The position numbers and the translations under genes were made by a program. Positions 27,901-39,479 of a stretch of DNA of 64,000 nucleotides are shown here, in pieces. The stretch lies in contig NC_087436.1 of assembly GCF_036321535.1 (NCBI RefSeq), positions 75,270,001-75,334,000 on the forward strand, read 5' to 3'. The number at the start of each line of letters is the position of its first letter. Position 1 is the stretch's first letter. Source of the stretch: Camelus dromedarius (Eukaryota). Below the pieces are notes generated by a model. That model had not been told where the DNA came from, did not search any database, and worked only from the letters and a program-made list of their open reading frames with translations.

Positions 27901-28099
27901 TTTGCTTCTCATTCACTATTAGAGAAGTATCATCATTATCATCATTAACATCATCATCAGTTTTGATTTATCTGAATAGCCTGCTGAAATAGACCTCCGG
28001 GTACATTTACACATCCAATTACTACAAGATGATTATTCACAGCCTTAAAACTGCCTCACACTTAAAAATGCCTGAGCCAGCTGAAAATTCTTAGTAATC

Positions 28100-28275
28100 A
28101 TAATAATCACTCGTATGGTGCTCTTAATGTTTCAAAAGATTTTCATATCTATTTTCCTAATATGAGCCTCCAAACCTGTTTGATAAGTAAATCCCAAGTA
28201 TTATTATCTCCCTTGTACAGATGAGGACTTAGGAGATCTATTAATGACTTTATCTGAAGTCAGTCAATCACTCAG
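28100..28275 (-). mobile_element. MIR fragment
   Basis: tattattatctcccttgtacagatgaggact core. Confidence 0.6.
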
Positions 28276-28663
28276 TCTTAGAACTTAGATTGCATCCTAG
28301 GTATTACTTCCTGGGCTTCATGAGATAGCACAGTCTCTCTCCTTGGTTTGTGGAGTCCAGTATCTTTGGATTGCAGTGAAAATAATCTCAAAGCCATGAG
28401 TTTACTTCTGAGAATGTGGACTATGTTGCTCTTTGTCATTTCTGCTTTGAGGTCATTAAAAGGCCTTGGTGGTGGGGAATGGGGGAGCCCAGGACACATC
28501 AGGAGGCTTGAATTCACTAAAGTTGATTCCTAGTTGTGTTATGTCAGAAAGAACACCTTGAAAATAAGTTGGCTTCAGGAGCAAGCTTGGCACTCTGCTG
28601 AGTTTTTCCTCAAAGAGGATATTTGGTAATTACTACCTCAGGACTCTTTATTATCTTCGTATG

Positions 28664-29038
28664 TGCTATTGACCAGATGTTTGTGTCCCACTCCCTACTC
28701 CTGCCCCAATTTGTATGTTGAAACCTACGCCCAACGTGATGGTATTTGGAAGTGGGGGGCATTTGGGAGGTGATTAGGTCATGAGAGTGGACTCATCATG
28801 AATGGGATTAGTGCCCTTGTAAAAGAGGCTCCAGAGAGCTTCCTTCCCTTTCTGCCATGTGAGGTTACAGCCAGAAGTCAACTGTCCATGAACCAGGAAG
28901 CCCTCACCAGACACTGCATCTGCCTGCACATTCATCTTGGACTTCCCAGCCTCCAGAACTGTGGACAATAAGTTTCTGTTGTTTATAAGCCACTCAGTCC
29001 ATGGCATTTCATTATAGCAGCCTAAATGGACTAAGATA
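28664..29038 (+). mobile_element. MLT1A-like solo LTR
   Basis: tgctat..atgtttgtgtccc...gatggtatttggaagtggg...ttatagcagcctaaatggactaagata. Confidence 0.92.
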
Positions 29039-29498
29039 TGTGGTATGTGATTAAAATATTTTTTTTTTAGAATGGCCATTGTGGTTATCTCCCCAATATC
29101 CATTCTACTTTCTCTTACTAACTACCAACTTTTCATTCAAGTATCCACATTGTCCCCAGAAAGCCATGTACTTTGGGAGCCCTGGTTTGTGTCTGTTATT
29201 CTGGAATAATTATGAGTTCATTCTTTATCATTATTTAAAATATCTTGGTTTGTACAACAAATTAGTCACCCTAATTTGGGGAGAATTTAACTCAGCTCCT
29301 GACCGTAGGGATGGGGCATGTCTTATGACTCACATCTCCGCTAGTTCATGAAATCCCAAACTCTGTTAAACATGTTGATTTAGGGATGAGCATGGGAGTG
29401 AACATGAACCAGTGAAACACAAGGAAATGTCTGCTGGGGGTTCACAAGAAAATAGATGCCTAGCTTTTTTTTAGATGGTTCTGGATCACTTCTCTTTA

Positions 29499-30452
29499 TT
29501 TTTTTTAATTTTAATTTTAATTTTTTTTAGGTTTTTTTTTTTATTGAGTTATAGTCTGTTTACAATGCTGTGTCAATTTCTGGTGTACAGCACAATTTTT
29601 CAGTCATACATGAATATACATATATTTGTTTTCATATTCTTTTTCACCATAAGCTACTACAAGATATATTTCCCTGTGCTGTACAGTATAAACTTATTTA
29701 TATATTATATATATACCTGTCAGTATCTACCAGTCTCAAACTCCCAGTCTGTCCCTTCCCACTCACCTCCCCCTGGCAACCACAAGTTTGCATTCTATGT
29801 CTGTGAATCTGTTTGTGTTTTATATTTAAGTTCATTTGTCTTCTTCTTCTTCTCCTTCTCCTCCTTCTCCTCCTTCTCCTTCTCCTCCTCCTCCTTCTTT
29901 CTTCTTCTTCTTTCTTCTTCTTTTTAGATTCCACATATGAGCGATCTCATATGGTATTTTTCTTTCTCTTTCTGGCTTACTTCACTTAGAATGACATTCT
30001 CCAGGGACATCATTGTTGCTGCAAATGGCATTATGGTTTCATTTTTTATGGCTGAATAGTATTCCATTGTATAAATATACCACAATTTCTTAATCCAGTC
30101 ATCTGTCGATGGGTATTTAGGCTGTTTCCATGTCTCAGCTATTGTAAATAGTGCTACTATATGAACTTTGGGGTGCAGGTGTCATTTTGAATTAGGGTTC
30201 CTTCTGGATATATGAGAGGAGTCAGATTGCTGGGTCATATGGTAAGTCTATTCCTAGTCTTTTGAGGAATCTCCATACTATTTTCCACAATGGCTGCACC
30301 AAGCTGCATTACCGCCAACAGTGTTGGAGGGTTCCTTTTTCTCCACAGCCTCTCCAGCATTTATCATCTGTGGACTTTTGAATGACGGCCATTCTGACTG
30401 GTGTGAGGTGATACCACATTGTAGTTTTGATTTGCATTTCTCTGATAATTAG
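29499..30452 (-). mobile_element. Young 5'-truncated L1 (camelid-type 3' UTR)
   Basis: Perfect 17-bp TSD TGGATCACTTCTCTTTA (29482-29498, 30453-30469). Highly similar to the 50670 copy. Confidence 0.95.
29839..29925. repeat. (TTC/TCC)n polypyrimidine tract within the L1 3' UTR
   Basis: About 87 nt of pure C/T. Confidence 0.95.
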
Positions 30453-30538
30453 TGGATCACTTCTCTTTAAATTGGACTTAAAAAAGCATGTAGCTTTGAG
30501 AACTGCTGGCAGTTATTTTGTATCTAAAAGCAGGATCC

Positions 30539-30600
30539 CATTCCCTAGTACCTCCATTAAAAAAAACAAAACCCTAATTACCGCAAAAAAAAAAAAAAAA
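30539..30600 (+). mobile_element. 5'-truncated Vic-1-like SINE (3' tail only)
   Basis: ccctagtacctccattaaaaaaaacaaaaccctaattacc + poly-A matches my recollection of the camelid Vic-1 3' end. Imperfect TSD AAAAGCAGGATCC / AAAAGCAAGATTC. Confidence 0.75.
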
Positions 30601-30904
30601 GCAAGATTCAAGAAGGTGAAGTTGACACAGTGGAAGGCAGCATTCATCAGGATAGGCTAGGTTACTCTGAAGGAACAAGCAACCCCCAAATCTACGTTGC
30701 TTAACAAAATAAAGTTTATTTCTCACACTACTAGTCCACTGAGTGTTGGCAGGGTCTTTGTTGCAGAGTCATTCGGGGACTTGAGCTTACAGAGTCTCCA
30801 CCATCTAATGATGCTGCCATCATAGTTTTCAAACTTCACTGAGGTGGGGCCGGGAGATTGCTATAGTTGCTTTGGCTTGAAAGTGATGAGCCCATTGTGC
30901 AAAA

Positions 30905-32032
30905 CAGTGCTGTCCAGTAGGAGCATAATGTGAGCCACATGTGTAATTATTTTGACTAACTTTACTGTTATTCTTATTGTTATTACCAAATTTGGAGGTA
31001 ATGTTTATTTGCTAAGATTTTTTTGTTTATTGTCCACTTTCTGTTTTAAATTAGAATATAATTTACATATGGTAAATTTACCCTTTTTGGTGTATAGTTC
31101 TATACATTTTGACAAACCCATACAGTTAGGCACATACCATTACAAGCAAGTTTTAGAACAGTCTCATCCTTCCCGAGAATTACTCTTCACCCTTTGTTAA
31201 TAACCCCTCCTTCTACCCTCAGCTCTTGGCAACCATTGTTTTCTGACTGTGTGGTTTTGCTTTTCTAGGATGTCACATAAATGAAATCACAGCATGCAGC
31301 TTTTTGAGTTTGGATTCTTTCACTTAGCATAATGCATTTGAGATTCATTTATGTTGTGGTATCAGTAGTTTGCTCCTTTTTGTTGCTGAATAGTATTCTG
31401 TTTTACAGAGGTAGCACAGTTTGTTTATCCATTTCTCAGTCGAGGGACATTTGGGTTGTTTCTAATTTTTGGTTACTAATAAAGCTAATAAAAACTTTTA
31501 TGTACAGGTTTTTCTGTGAACATGGTTTTTCATTTCCCTTAGGTAAATATTTAGGAGTAGGATGGGTAGGTCATATGGTAACTTCATGTTTAATTTTATG
31601 AAGGACTGCCAAACTGTGTTCCCAAGTGTCTGCACCATTTTGCATTAACACCAGCAATATGTATGAGAGTTCCAGTTCCTCTACTTCCTTGCTTGTGCTT
31701 GATATTATCAGGTTTTTTTCTCAACCATTCTCATAGATTAGTGGACTTACATAAGCCTAATTTTTGAGAAGCCACATTTTAAAAAGTAAAAAGAAACAGG
31801 TTAAGTTAGTTTTAATAATACATTTTAACATAATATATTAAAATAGTATTATTTTAACATGTAGTTAATGTAAAAATGAATGAGATATTGCATATTCTTT
31901 TTTGGTGTGTGTACCAGGTCTCTGAAATCTAATAGATATTTTATATTTGCAACACATCTCAGTTTGGACTAGTCACCTTTTAAGGGCTCAGTAGCCACCT
32001 GTGGGTGGTGACTGCTGCATTGAGCAGTGCAG
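30905..32032. mobile_element. MER33-like hAT-Charlie MITE split by an L1
   Basis: Termini cagtgctgtccagtag ... attgagcagtgcag. Internal agccacattttaaaaagtaaaaagaaacagg. Confidence 0.85.
31045..31745 (-). mobile_element. L1 3' end (L1MB/MC-like) inside MER33
   Basis: cttttcacttagcataatgcatttgagattcat...tgctgaatagtattc...actgccaaactgt. Confidence 0.85.
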
Positions 32033-33539
32033 GTCTAGACCTGGTTACATGGCCCCATCTAAGTGTGAGTGGGCTGGGAAAATGTGATGTCCCATGTTAC
32101 CTGGGAAATGTTGGTAGGTAGCAAAGTCTATCTCAAAGACAGAGAAGAGAAAAAGAATTCAGGTACTTTATACATCATTAAAGTACTAAATTGAACCCAA
32201 TCTGAAAGTCTTCTAAGGAAAGCCTTAGTTTCTAGTTATGATAGACAGTAAATGTCACACATATAGTTTAAGCAAGTTTGAATTACCTGATTCTGTTATT
32301 TGAAAATTTCTCCTATATAAATTTGCATTGCACAGTTAAGTAGGCGTTCAGTATAGAAGAAAGAGAAAATACAGAGAAGCTAAAAAGAGAAATTAATACT
32401 CACTTGGATTCTCAGGGGTAATATTTTGGTGTATATCCTTTGAGATATGTGTGTATGAATATGTGTGTATAAATGCATGAGTATACATGTGTACAAGCAA
32501 AATCATTGGACCAGTGTATTATTTACTTATGACCCATGTTTTTCATGCAACAATATTTTAAAAACATCTTTCCATGTCAATAAATACACATTTAAGTTAT
32601 CATTTGAAATCTCTGTGTAATATTCCATTTTATGGAGGAATCACAATTCACTCAGCACATTCTGTATTATAGGTTGTTCCAAGTACTCCCTTGTTTAAAT
32701 TGGGGCGGGGCAGAGGTAGTGTGCTTTAGAATACCTCCTTATATGGAGCAATAGCAAGGTGTATTTGGAAATTCTGTTTCCTTTCTCTCTCACCTCTTCT
32801 TTTTACACCTGGCCTCCTCTCAGTTCTTTCAGTAGAAATAAATACAAATGGAGATTACAGCTCAGCATGGTGACTGTTAGTAGGATTAGTGTCCTATAAA
32901 ATTGTCAGTAATGTTTTCTCATTACTATGACTACATTGTACTTATAACCAGTATTTCTTAGACAGGTAGGTTATTCCAGATGTTCTAGGTGTAACCAGAA
33001 GATAATCGGTGATACACAGAATAACAAAGTTTTAAAACAATCTGACAGTAAATATGTCATAGTAAAGTGTAGGCTGAATCAGGCCTAGACCTGTAGCACT
33101 TTTATTTAAAAAACAAAAGCCAGTGTGATCTGTGTGGAAAGAAATTGATTTAATGTGCAGAGATGATCTATCTCCTTTTTCTTTATTGGCTGCTGTGACC
33201 ATTTGATATTTTCAGTGACCTCTGAAGCCTGGCTTTTTGCTGTGTTGTTACGATAGACACGGGTGATATTAAAAAATATTTAACAACCTGTGAGGCAGGG
33301 CACTGACCAGTGGGAGACTGCTACAACTGCAGTGACCAAACCAGAGTGGAAGGGTTGGGTGCCGTCTGAGTGGGGAAGATAAAACAAGGAAACAAATTTA
33401 AAACTTGGGTTTTTTAAAAAATTATATAAAGCCCTTTTTCTTGGTTTTTGTCTTGCATGTCCTTCCATTGACACTGCTGGGGAAATTATCATTTCCCATA
33501 AAAATAAATGGTAAATAGCTACTTTCTTTCTGTAGAGCA

Positions 33540-34350
33540 ATATCCAGTTTCACAGAAAAGGATTAATATCCTGAATATATGAAGCACCCTTACAATTTCA
33601 CAGATATTCAAAAACTCCAGTAACAGAAAAATACAAAGAGGCTATTCAGACACACAAAGAAATATAATAAATATAAGAAGAAGTGTTTTCCCTTACTAAT
33701 GAGCAAAGAAATGCAGATTTAAAAAATACATGTGTTTCACTTGTCTAACATCTGTAAAGTGGCTAGCTTGCATCAGATATGGTGCCAAACACTTGCATCT
33801 TATTTGATGTAAACAAAAGTCCTGTGAGGTGGTCACTATTTTAATGTACATTTTACAGACAGGGAATCTGAGGTTCAGGGAGTTTAATATGCCTAAGGTG
33901 ACACTGTTAATAAGTGGTTTTAAGCAAAAGGCTATTTTACCTTTTGAGATTTGCAAAGATTTAATGATAGTATGAAAATGAAAACTCTGCATGCCTTTGA
34001 ACCAGCAATTAAACCTATGAGAGTTTATCTCAGGGAAATAATTGGGTAACTGCACAAAGAAATTTTATAAGAATGATTAGTGCTGTATGATTTATAAGAG
34101 CAAGAAATTGGAAACAATGTAAATGTTCTTCAAAAGAGTATTGGTATCCATGTAGTATAGACCCAAGCAGCTCTTAAAAGGAATGAAGTGGATCAATAAG
34201 ACTTGTTTTGGAAATTTGTGGCCTAGTTATCTTGTTCAGTGGGAGAAAAAAAGGCAGGTTGCAAAATATTCTGACTCTATTTTTGTAAATAGAATTATGT
34301 TTAGTTAAGTAGAGAAAAATGTCTGAATGTATTTGCTGTGGTTATCTGTG
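33540..34350 (+). mobile_element. Old L1ME-like 3' fragment with an internal antisense MIR (~33740-33935)
   Basis: agaaatgcagatttaaaa, cctttgaaccagcaatt, attggaaacaatgtaaatg. MIR core cattttacagacagggaatctgaggttcaggg. Confidence 0.65.
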
Positions 34351-34829
34351 TGGAGGGGTTAGATTATAGCAGAGCCCATCAGTTTATAGTTCTGGATATT
34401 TGAATATTCTTTTTGCTCTAACCATTTGAAGCAGAAAAATAAAAGGAACAAATATTGTCACATGCCCAAACTCACAAACTAGAACCAGTGTATCAACACT
34501 GCAGAAACACTCCCAGGGCAGGTGAAAGGAGATCAGAGAAGGCTCATATAGAGATGATAGAAGGTGCAACACATCCAGTGTGCAGAAGGAAGACAGAGAG
34601 CAGCCAAGGATGGGGGACAAGCGGGAGAAACAGAAAGGAAAGCAAGGTGGAAGAGCAGGAAAGCAGAGTGAAGACAGGTTGGAGAAATAGTAGAGCAATT
34701 GCAACGAAGGTCAGCAAAGCCTGAGTGTTCATAGGAAAGGTTCAACCTGGGGCCTTGCTGGGAGGCAAGATAGTGTAGCTAAGGGTAGTTAAGATAATCA
34801 AGGGCAGGGGCTCTGGAGTGAAGCCACAT

Positions 34830-35165
34830 AGTTAGTGCTTGCTGAATATGCATGTGTTCCTCGGTGGGCTCCAGCTCCCCTTGCAGTTAGGTTGGGACCA
34901 TGTAAGTCTTGCCACTGGACTCTGAGAGGAAGGGCTGAGGCCCTTGGGACTACAGTGGCTCCTTTATCGCTCTCTGGCCCTGATGCAGAAGCAGTGCATG
35001 CCTTGTGTTCCATGACGGCTTGGCAAGAAGGGCTTATCAATGCCCAGGAGCCAATGTGCAGGGGCCATTAGTGTCTAGGGGCCAGGATGTGGCTGAGAAG
35101 TAAACATGTTGTTTTCAGACACTGTGATTTGGGGGTTTGCCTGTCATTGCAGCTAGAGTTGCTTC
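34830..35165 (+). mobile_element. MLT1 (I/J-like) LTR inserted in a MIR (34770-34830 and 35170-35345)
   Basis: ccccttgcagttaggttgggaccatgt...gagaagtaaac.tgttgtttt..cactgtgatttggggg. The flanks join into one MIR. Confidence 0.65.
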
Positions 35166-37149
35166 CTCTAGTATCTTTGTTATGTATTAGCTGTCTGACT
35201 TTGGACAGATTACTTACGTCTCTGAGCATCAGTTATTTCTCCTGTAACAGGAAGTAATGAGAGTACCTATCTCACAAGGCCATTGAAGGATTAAATGGAA
35301 AAGTGTACAGTGTTAGGCACAAAGTACTTAAAATGTGTTAGTTATATCATCATTGTTGTTGTTACTGTCATTTACACCAGGAACTGATAAATCAGTTCCC
35401 CAAAATGGGCAGCAACAAGGCCAGAAAAATGCCCTTAGATGATAGCAGGACTGATCCAAGGAGATGTTGTGTGACATGCTAACAGAAGTTGAAACCAGAC
35501 ATAAGTTGAAATCAGACATATGAATGAAAAGACTTGAGGATATAGACCCAACTTTCTCTGACTAGTGAACTGCTAGCTTCCATCATGGAAGCATCGGTTG
35601 TTGGAAAGAAGCACTAGTCAGTAGGGGTTGACATATAGAGATAAGCTAGTTATGATTAGTTGCATATCTATAAAAGTGCTTACTGAATTTCCACCATTAT
35701 TTAATTGGTTATGTTAATATAATTCTTTTCTCAACATTTTAATTTAAGTGGCCATAGAGGGCACTAGATATGCCTCATATTACTGAATTGTTGGTTTACC
35801 TTTTCAACCATTTGGTCATCCAGGGATCTTGGTACATGGACGGACTCTGGGCCTGTCAACTCTCTAGCTGATTAGGGTGATGTGAGTGGGCCAATGCTGT
35901 GTCCCTGTGCTGGGCTGATGGGGGAGTAGGGGTGTTATAAATAATACAGCATAAGATGAATTTGGGGTAACTCAGTAGTGCCATTCTCCCCACCCTCCTT
36001 CCTTCCTTCCTTCCTTTCCTTTCCTTTTAAAAAAGTGGCATATTTGCATTTAACACAAGAATAACAGATGTCTTATTGAGACTTATTTGAGTGCCATGAT
36101 TGTATGATTTTTTTCAATAAAATCAGATTGGTTCTTGAGAGAACAAATTGTTTAACTTACTCCCAGTCAGTGGTGGCTACAAGTTTTCTGTAAGAGGAGG
36201 TTGGGTTGAGATGTGGTTGACAGAGTGTGTTTCAAGCTGAGCTTTCACAGCACTTTACATGGAATTGAGAAAATGTCAACTTTCTAAAATAAAAAAAGGG
36301 AAGGGGATCATTTTTGGGGGGAATGAGGGTTAGGACACTCAACCCCACTTTATGTGGCCACTGCTCTCAGGGACTCACTATTTTGCTCAGTTCATTCTTT
36401 CAACAAACATCTAATGAGCACCTACTATGTGCTTCAGATGCAAAGGTTCCTGAGACCGCCACAGCCCAGAAGAGACTAAGGGTGAGTTGCACACCCCCTG
36501 GGTCCTGTAAATACTCAAACATCAGGGCTAGGCTGTAGATGTTCCCTTCTGCTTTGGCTAATTGTAATAGTTACAGGGATCTGCCAGTTACAACTTACTG
36601 AGTTATTCTAAAAAGTGAATCGTTCAGTGTAGCATCAGTGTGAAGTAGAATGTCTGCCAGATTTAAGATGGTGGTGAAGACTGAAAATAAGTGGAGTCCC
36701 CTAGCAGTTTCACAGCTCTGCGTTCAATGCTTGGACAAACTCCCCTCTAACAGGCTTGCCCATCTCAGGTCAACTGAGAGACCCAGGATGTCTCTTCTCT
36801 GGGCCAGTCAGAATCCAGCCAGCACCTCTCTGATGCAACTATTCTCATAAAAGCATTAACCCTAGACCAGCTATTTTTATTTGGCCCTATAATAAATAGC
36901 AGTCTTCACTCAGTCCTGACCTGGAATCAAGGCCTCCACTCTTCAAGTGTGTGCCCCAGTAGGCCTTGCCCTGACATTTACTTCCCAGTGTTTGGCATTT
37001 GGGGGCGCAGCTTGAGCCACCACTCCGAGACCTTGTAGTGTTCCACTGACAGCCTCCCTCAGGGAGAGGTAAAGGTGCATTGGCAGTGGGAAGTCCCGAG
37101 TTGGACACACACACCAAGGCGCTCCCAGGCTGCTGGTAAACCCACGATG

Positions 37150-38600
37150 CGATGTCCGGAAGGTCCCAAAGCGAGGAAAATGGATCAGACCTGCCTCACT
37201 TTCTTAGTCCAGCCGGAGTGGCTGGGTGTGGGGGTAGGAGTAGCGCCAGGGCCCTTGAATATGGGCATCACTCCCTGCTCCCACCAAGTGAGGGGTGTGG
37301 ATCCGGTTCGCGGGTCCCTCAGCTGAGCAGGAGTAAGGGCAACGCCATCTTCCTCCCCACCCCCAACCCCTCCCTGGTGTGACCACTTTTGATCCCGCCC
37401 CAGACAAAGGCAATCTGAACTCCAGCAGAACGAATAAGGGGATCAGGTTGCTCTCTCGGCCTCCCCTCAACTCCCTCCTCCTCGCGTCTCTTTCCACGTG
37501 ACTTTCTGGAATCTTTTGCCAAAGCTCCGAGGCTCTGGGTCCATTTTCACACCGAGCAAAGAAGAGGGGAGGGAGGCGAAGGGAGGCGGAGCGCGTGTCC
37601 TTTAAACGCGGGGATTCAAAGGGAGCCTTATTTTGTGCGTTTCCGGGCTCTCTGGTCCGAGTGGCTCTAGTTCGGGGGTCCTTTACAGCTTCTCTAGCTC
37701 TCTGCTTCCTGCATTTCAAATTATGGCTCCTGCTCCGCTCCCGTAATCACACTTCGACCCTGCAGACCCGCTCAGGGTGTACCGTGCGGAGGTGGCCGCC
37801 GGCGTGCAGAGAGCCGCGCCCCGCAGCCCTGCTCACCCTGGGCGAGCGGTGGGGGCGGGAAAGTAGCGGCTGCGTCCCCCGTGCCGCCGCCCCCGGCTTT
37901 CCTTGGGAGGTTTCCCATCGTCTGCTGCAGGGAGCTCAGCCCGAGGCGGCGCCGTGCGGCCGCAGCGCCTGCCAGTCCCGCGAGCTGCCCGCAGCGCGGC
38001 ACAAAGTTTCCTGCGAGCCGCCCGGGGTGGCTGAGGTCCGCCGAGCCGGGTGACCCAGCCCAGAAGGAGGGGTGGGTGGGTCTTTCAAGGCTCCTAGCGA
38101 CCCCCTCGGCCCACGCGGCGCCGACGTAGAGTGTCAAGCGAACTTTAAAAAGCTGCTGCCGAGGAACCTGCGCGAGGATCTCCACGGTTGGAGACACGGG
38201 AGCGGACGGGTCAGGCCTGAGGGAAAAGCTGGGAGATCCTATCAGCCGGTGACGGGCAACTTTCCGGCGAGATTTTGCCGCGGGGAACTGCGCCCTGCCT
38301 CCTCTTTTATTCTCCCAAGCTCAACCCACGTTGGCGTCCTGCTCTGCTGGAGAGCTGGGCGCGCTCTCCGCCCGGCAGTGAGGGAATTGCGTCCCCAGCC
38401 CGCCCCGGCGCCTCCAGGCTGATGTGAGTGTCGCTCTCGGCCCGTCCATCGCCTTATTTTCTCGGAGGTGACCGCCCGCCGCCCCCCGCTCTCGGTGCAC
38501 CCAGCCCCGAGCGCCGAAGCCTGCGTTTTGGCCAAGAACTGGTTCTTGGATGCTGAAGGCTGGGATCCTCCAGCGTGGGTTCCGAGGCGGCAATGAGTGT
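37150..38600 (+). promoter_or_regulatory. FRAS1: CpG-island promoter and 5' UTR of FRAS1
   Basis: Abrupt GC- and CpG-rich block in AT-rich DNA. GC box (GGGGCGGG ~37852) and E-box CACGTGAC at 37495. TSS cannot be fixed from sequence; a guess is ~38100-38150. Confidence 0.9.
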
Positions 38601-38668
38601 CTTTAAAGTGTGGCTCGGGGTGGCCCTAGCATTGGCGGAATTTGCAGTATTGCCTCATCATTCTGAAG
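38593..38668 (+). CDS. FRAS1: FRAS1 coding exon 1 (signal peptide MSVFKVWLGVALALAEFAVLPHHSE-G), phase-1 donor
   Basis: ATG at 38593 in a CpG island. Translation closely matches the recalled human FRAS1 N-terminus (MGVLKVWLGLALALAEFAVLPHHSEG). 76 nt ending AAG|GTGAGA. Confidence 0.97.
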
Positions 38669-38689
38669 GTGAGAGAGCGGTGTCTTTCG

Positions 38690-38707
38690 TTTCTTTCTTT
38701 CTTTCTT

Positions 38708-38751
<44 letters not shown>
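38690..38751 (+). repeat. Compound (TTTC)5(GT)21 microsatellite
   Basis: Direct read, starting about 21 nt into intron 1. Confidence 0.97.
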
Positions 38752-38754
<3 letters not shown>

Positions 38755-39479
38755 ATTGTGCTCTTTAAAAGGTCCACAGATTTATGGTATTGTGGGTCGG
38801 AAGTTTTTGGGGGTTGGGTGGGTGGGTGGCCGTGGAACTGGGGTGGGCTTTTTCTGAGAAGATTCCAACTCCTGATTGCTTTGCATGCAGATCACAAGCC
38901 CCACTCCCGCCTCCCTTTCTGCCCTAAGTGCGTTTGGGTGGGTGGGTGGCCGACTGAGGTGCCATCCCTGAAATTGGATTCTCTTTCTTCCCACTAACCC
39001 AGTGTCCCCGAAATGGATAGCAATTGTATGGAGCGTAGATGAGGAGTGAACAATTGCTCTTAGCTGTGTAAAAATACTTATGCTTCTATGAAACAGAGTC
39101 TGGCACCTTAAAACCTCCCGTCTGTCTCCCGCCATCCTCGCCCCTATAAATCTCCCGGTAAAGTCCAGTTAAGATTTTATAAGCTGGTTAGAGCGTGTTC
39201 TGGAGGTAGACAATTCAATTGCACTAAAAGAAAGCTCCCCAGTATGGAGAGGCACGAGCCTGCCTCTTCACCAGAAAAGAAGTGGTTAACAAGAGTTTAG
39301 CTCCATTCTCTGACTTCGCCCTCAGCCTCCCGGTTTTCCTCCTGGGCTCCAACCTACGTGTAAAACCCTGGAGCTGAGGGAGGGAAAGGAGACTGTGGGA
39401 ATTGTCGCCATGATAGCGAGAGCAATCTGAGCTCAGGCAAATAAATGAATCGATAAGTAAATCAAGAGTTTGGGGGTTA

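Larger units (their letters stand above)
30645..32135 (-). mobile_element. Old MLT1 (J/K/L-like) LTR split by MER33
   Basis: caggataggctaggtta...aacaagcaacccccaaatct...aaagtttatttctcac. Resumes ~32040 with ttacatggccccatctaa..gggctgggaaaatg. Confidence 0.7.

Noticed and set aside
29475..29934. Poly-Arg/Glu and poly-Ser/Phe ORFs
   Set aside because: Translation of a microsatellite in an L1 3' UTR.
37075..38593. Many overlapping 70-170 aa ORFs on both strands
   Set aside because: Expected from stop-codon scarcity in a CpG island. No recognisable protein.
38575..38997. 140-aa ORF containing the FRAS1 signal peptide
   Set aside because: It starts at a GTG and reads through the donor into the intronic microsatellite (CVCVCV). 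Only 38593-38668 is coding.
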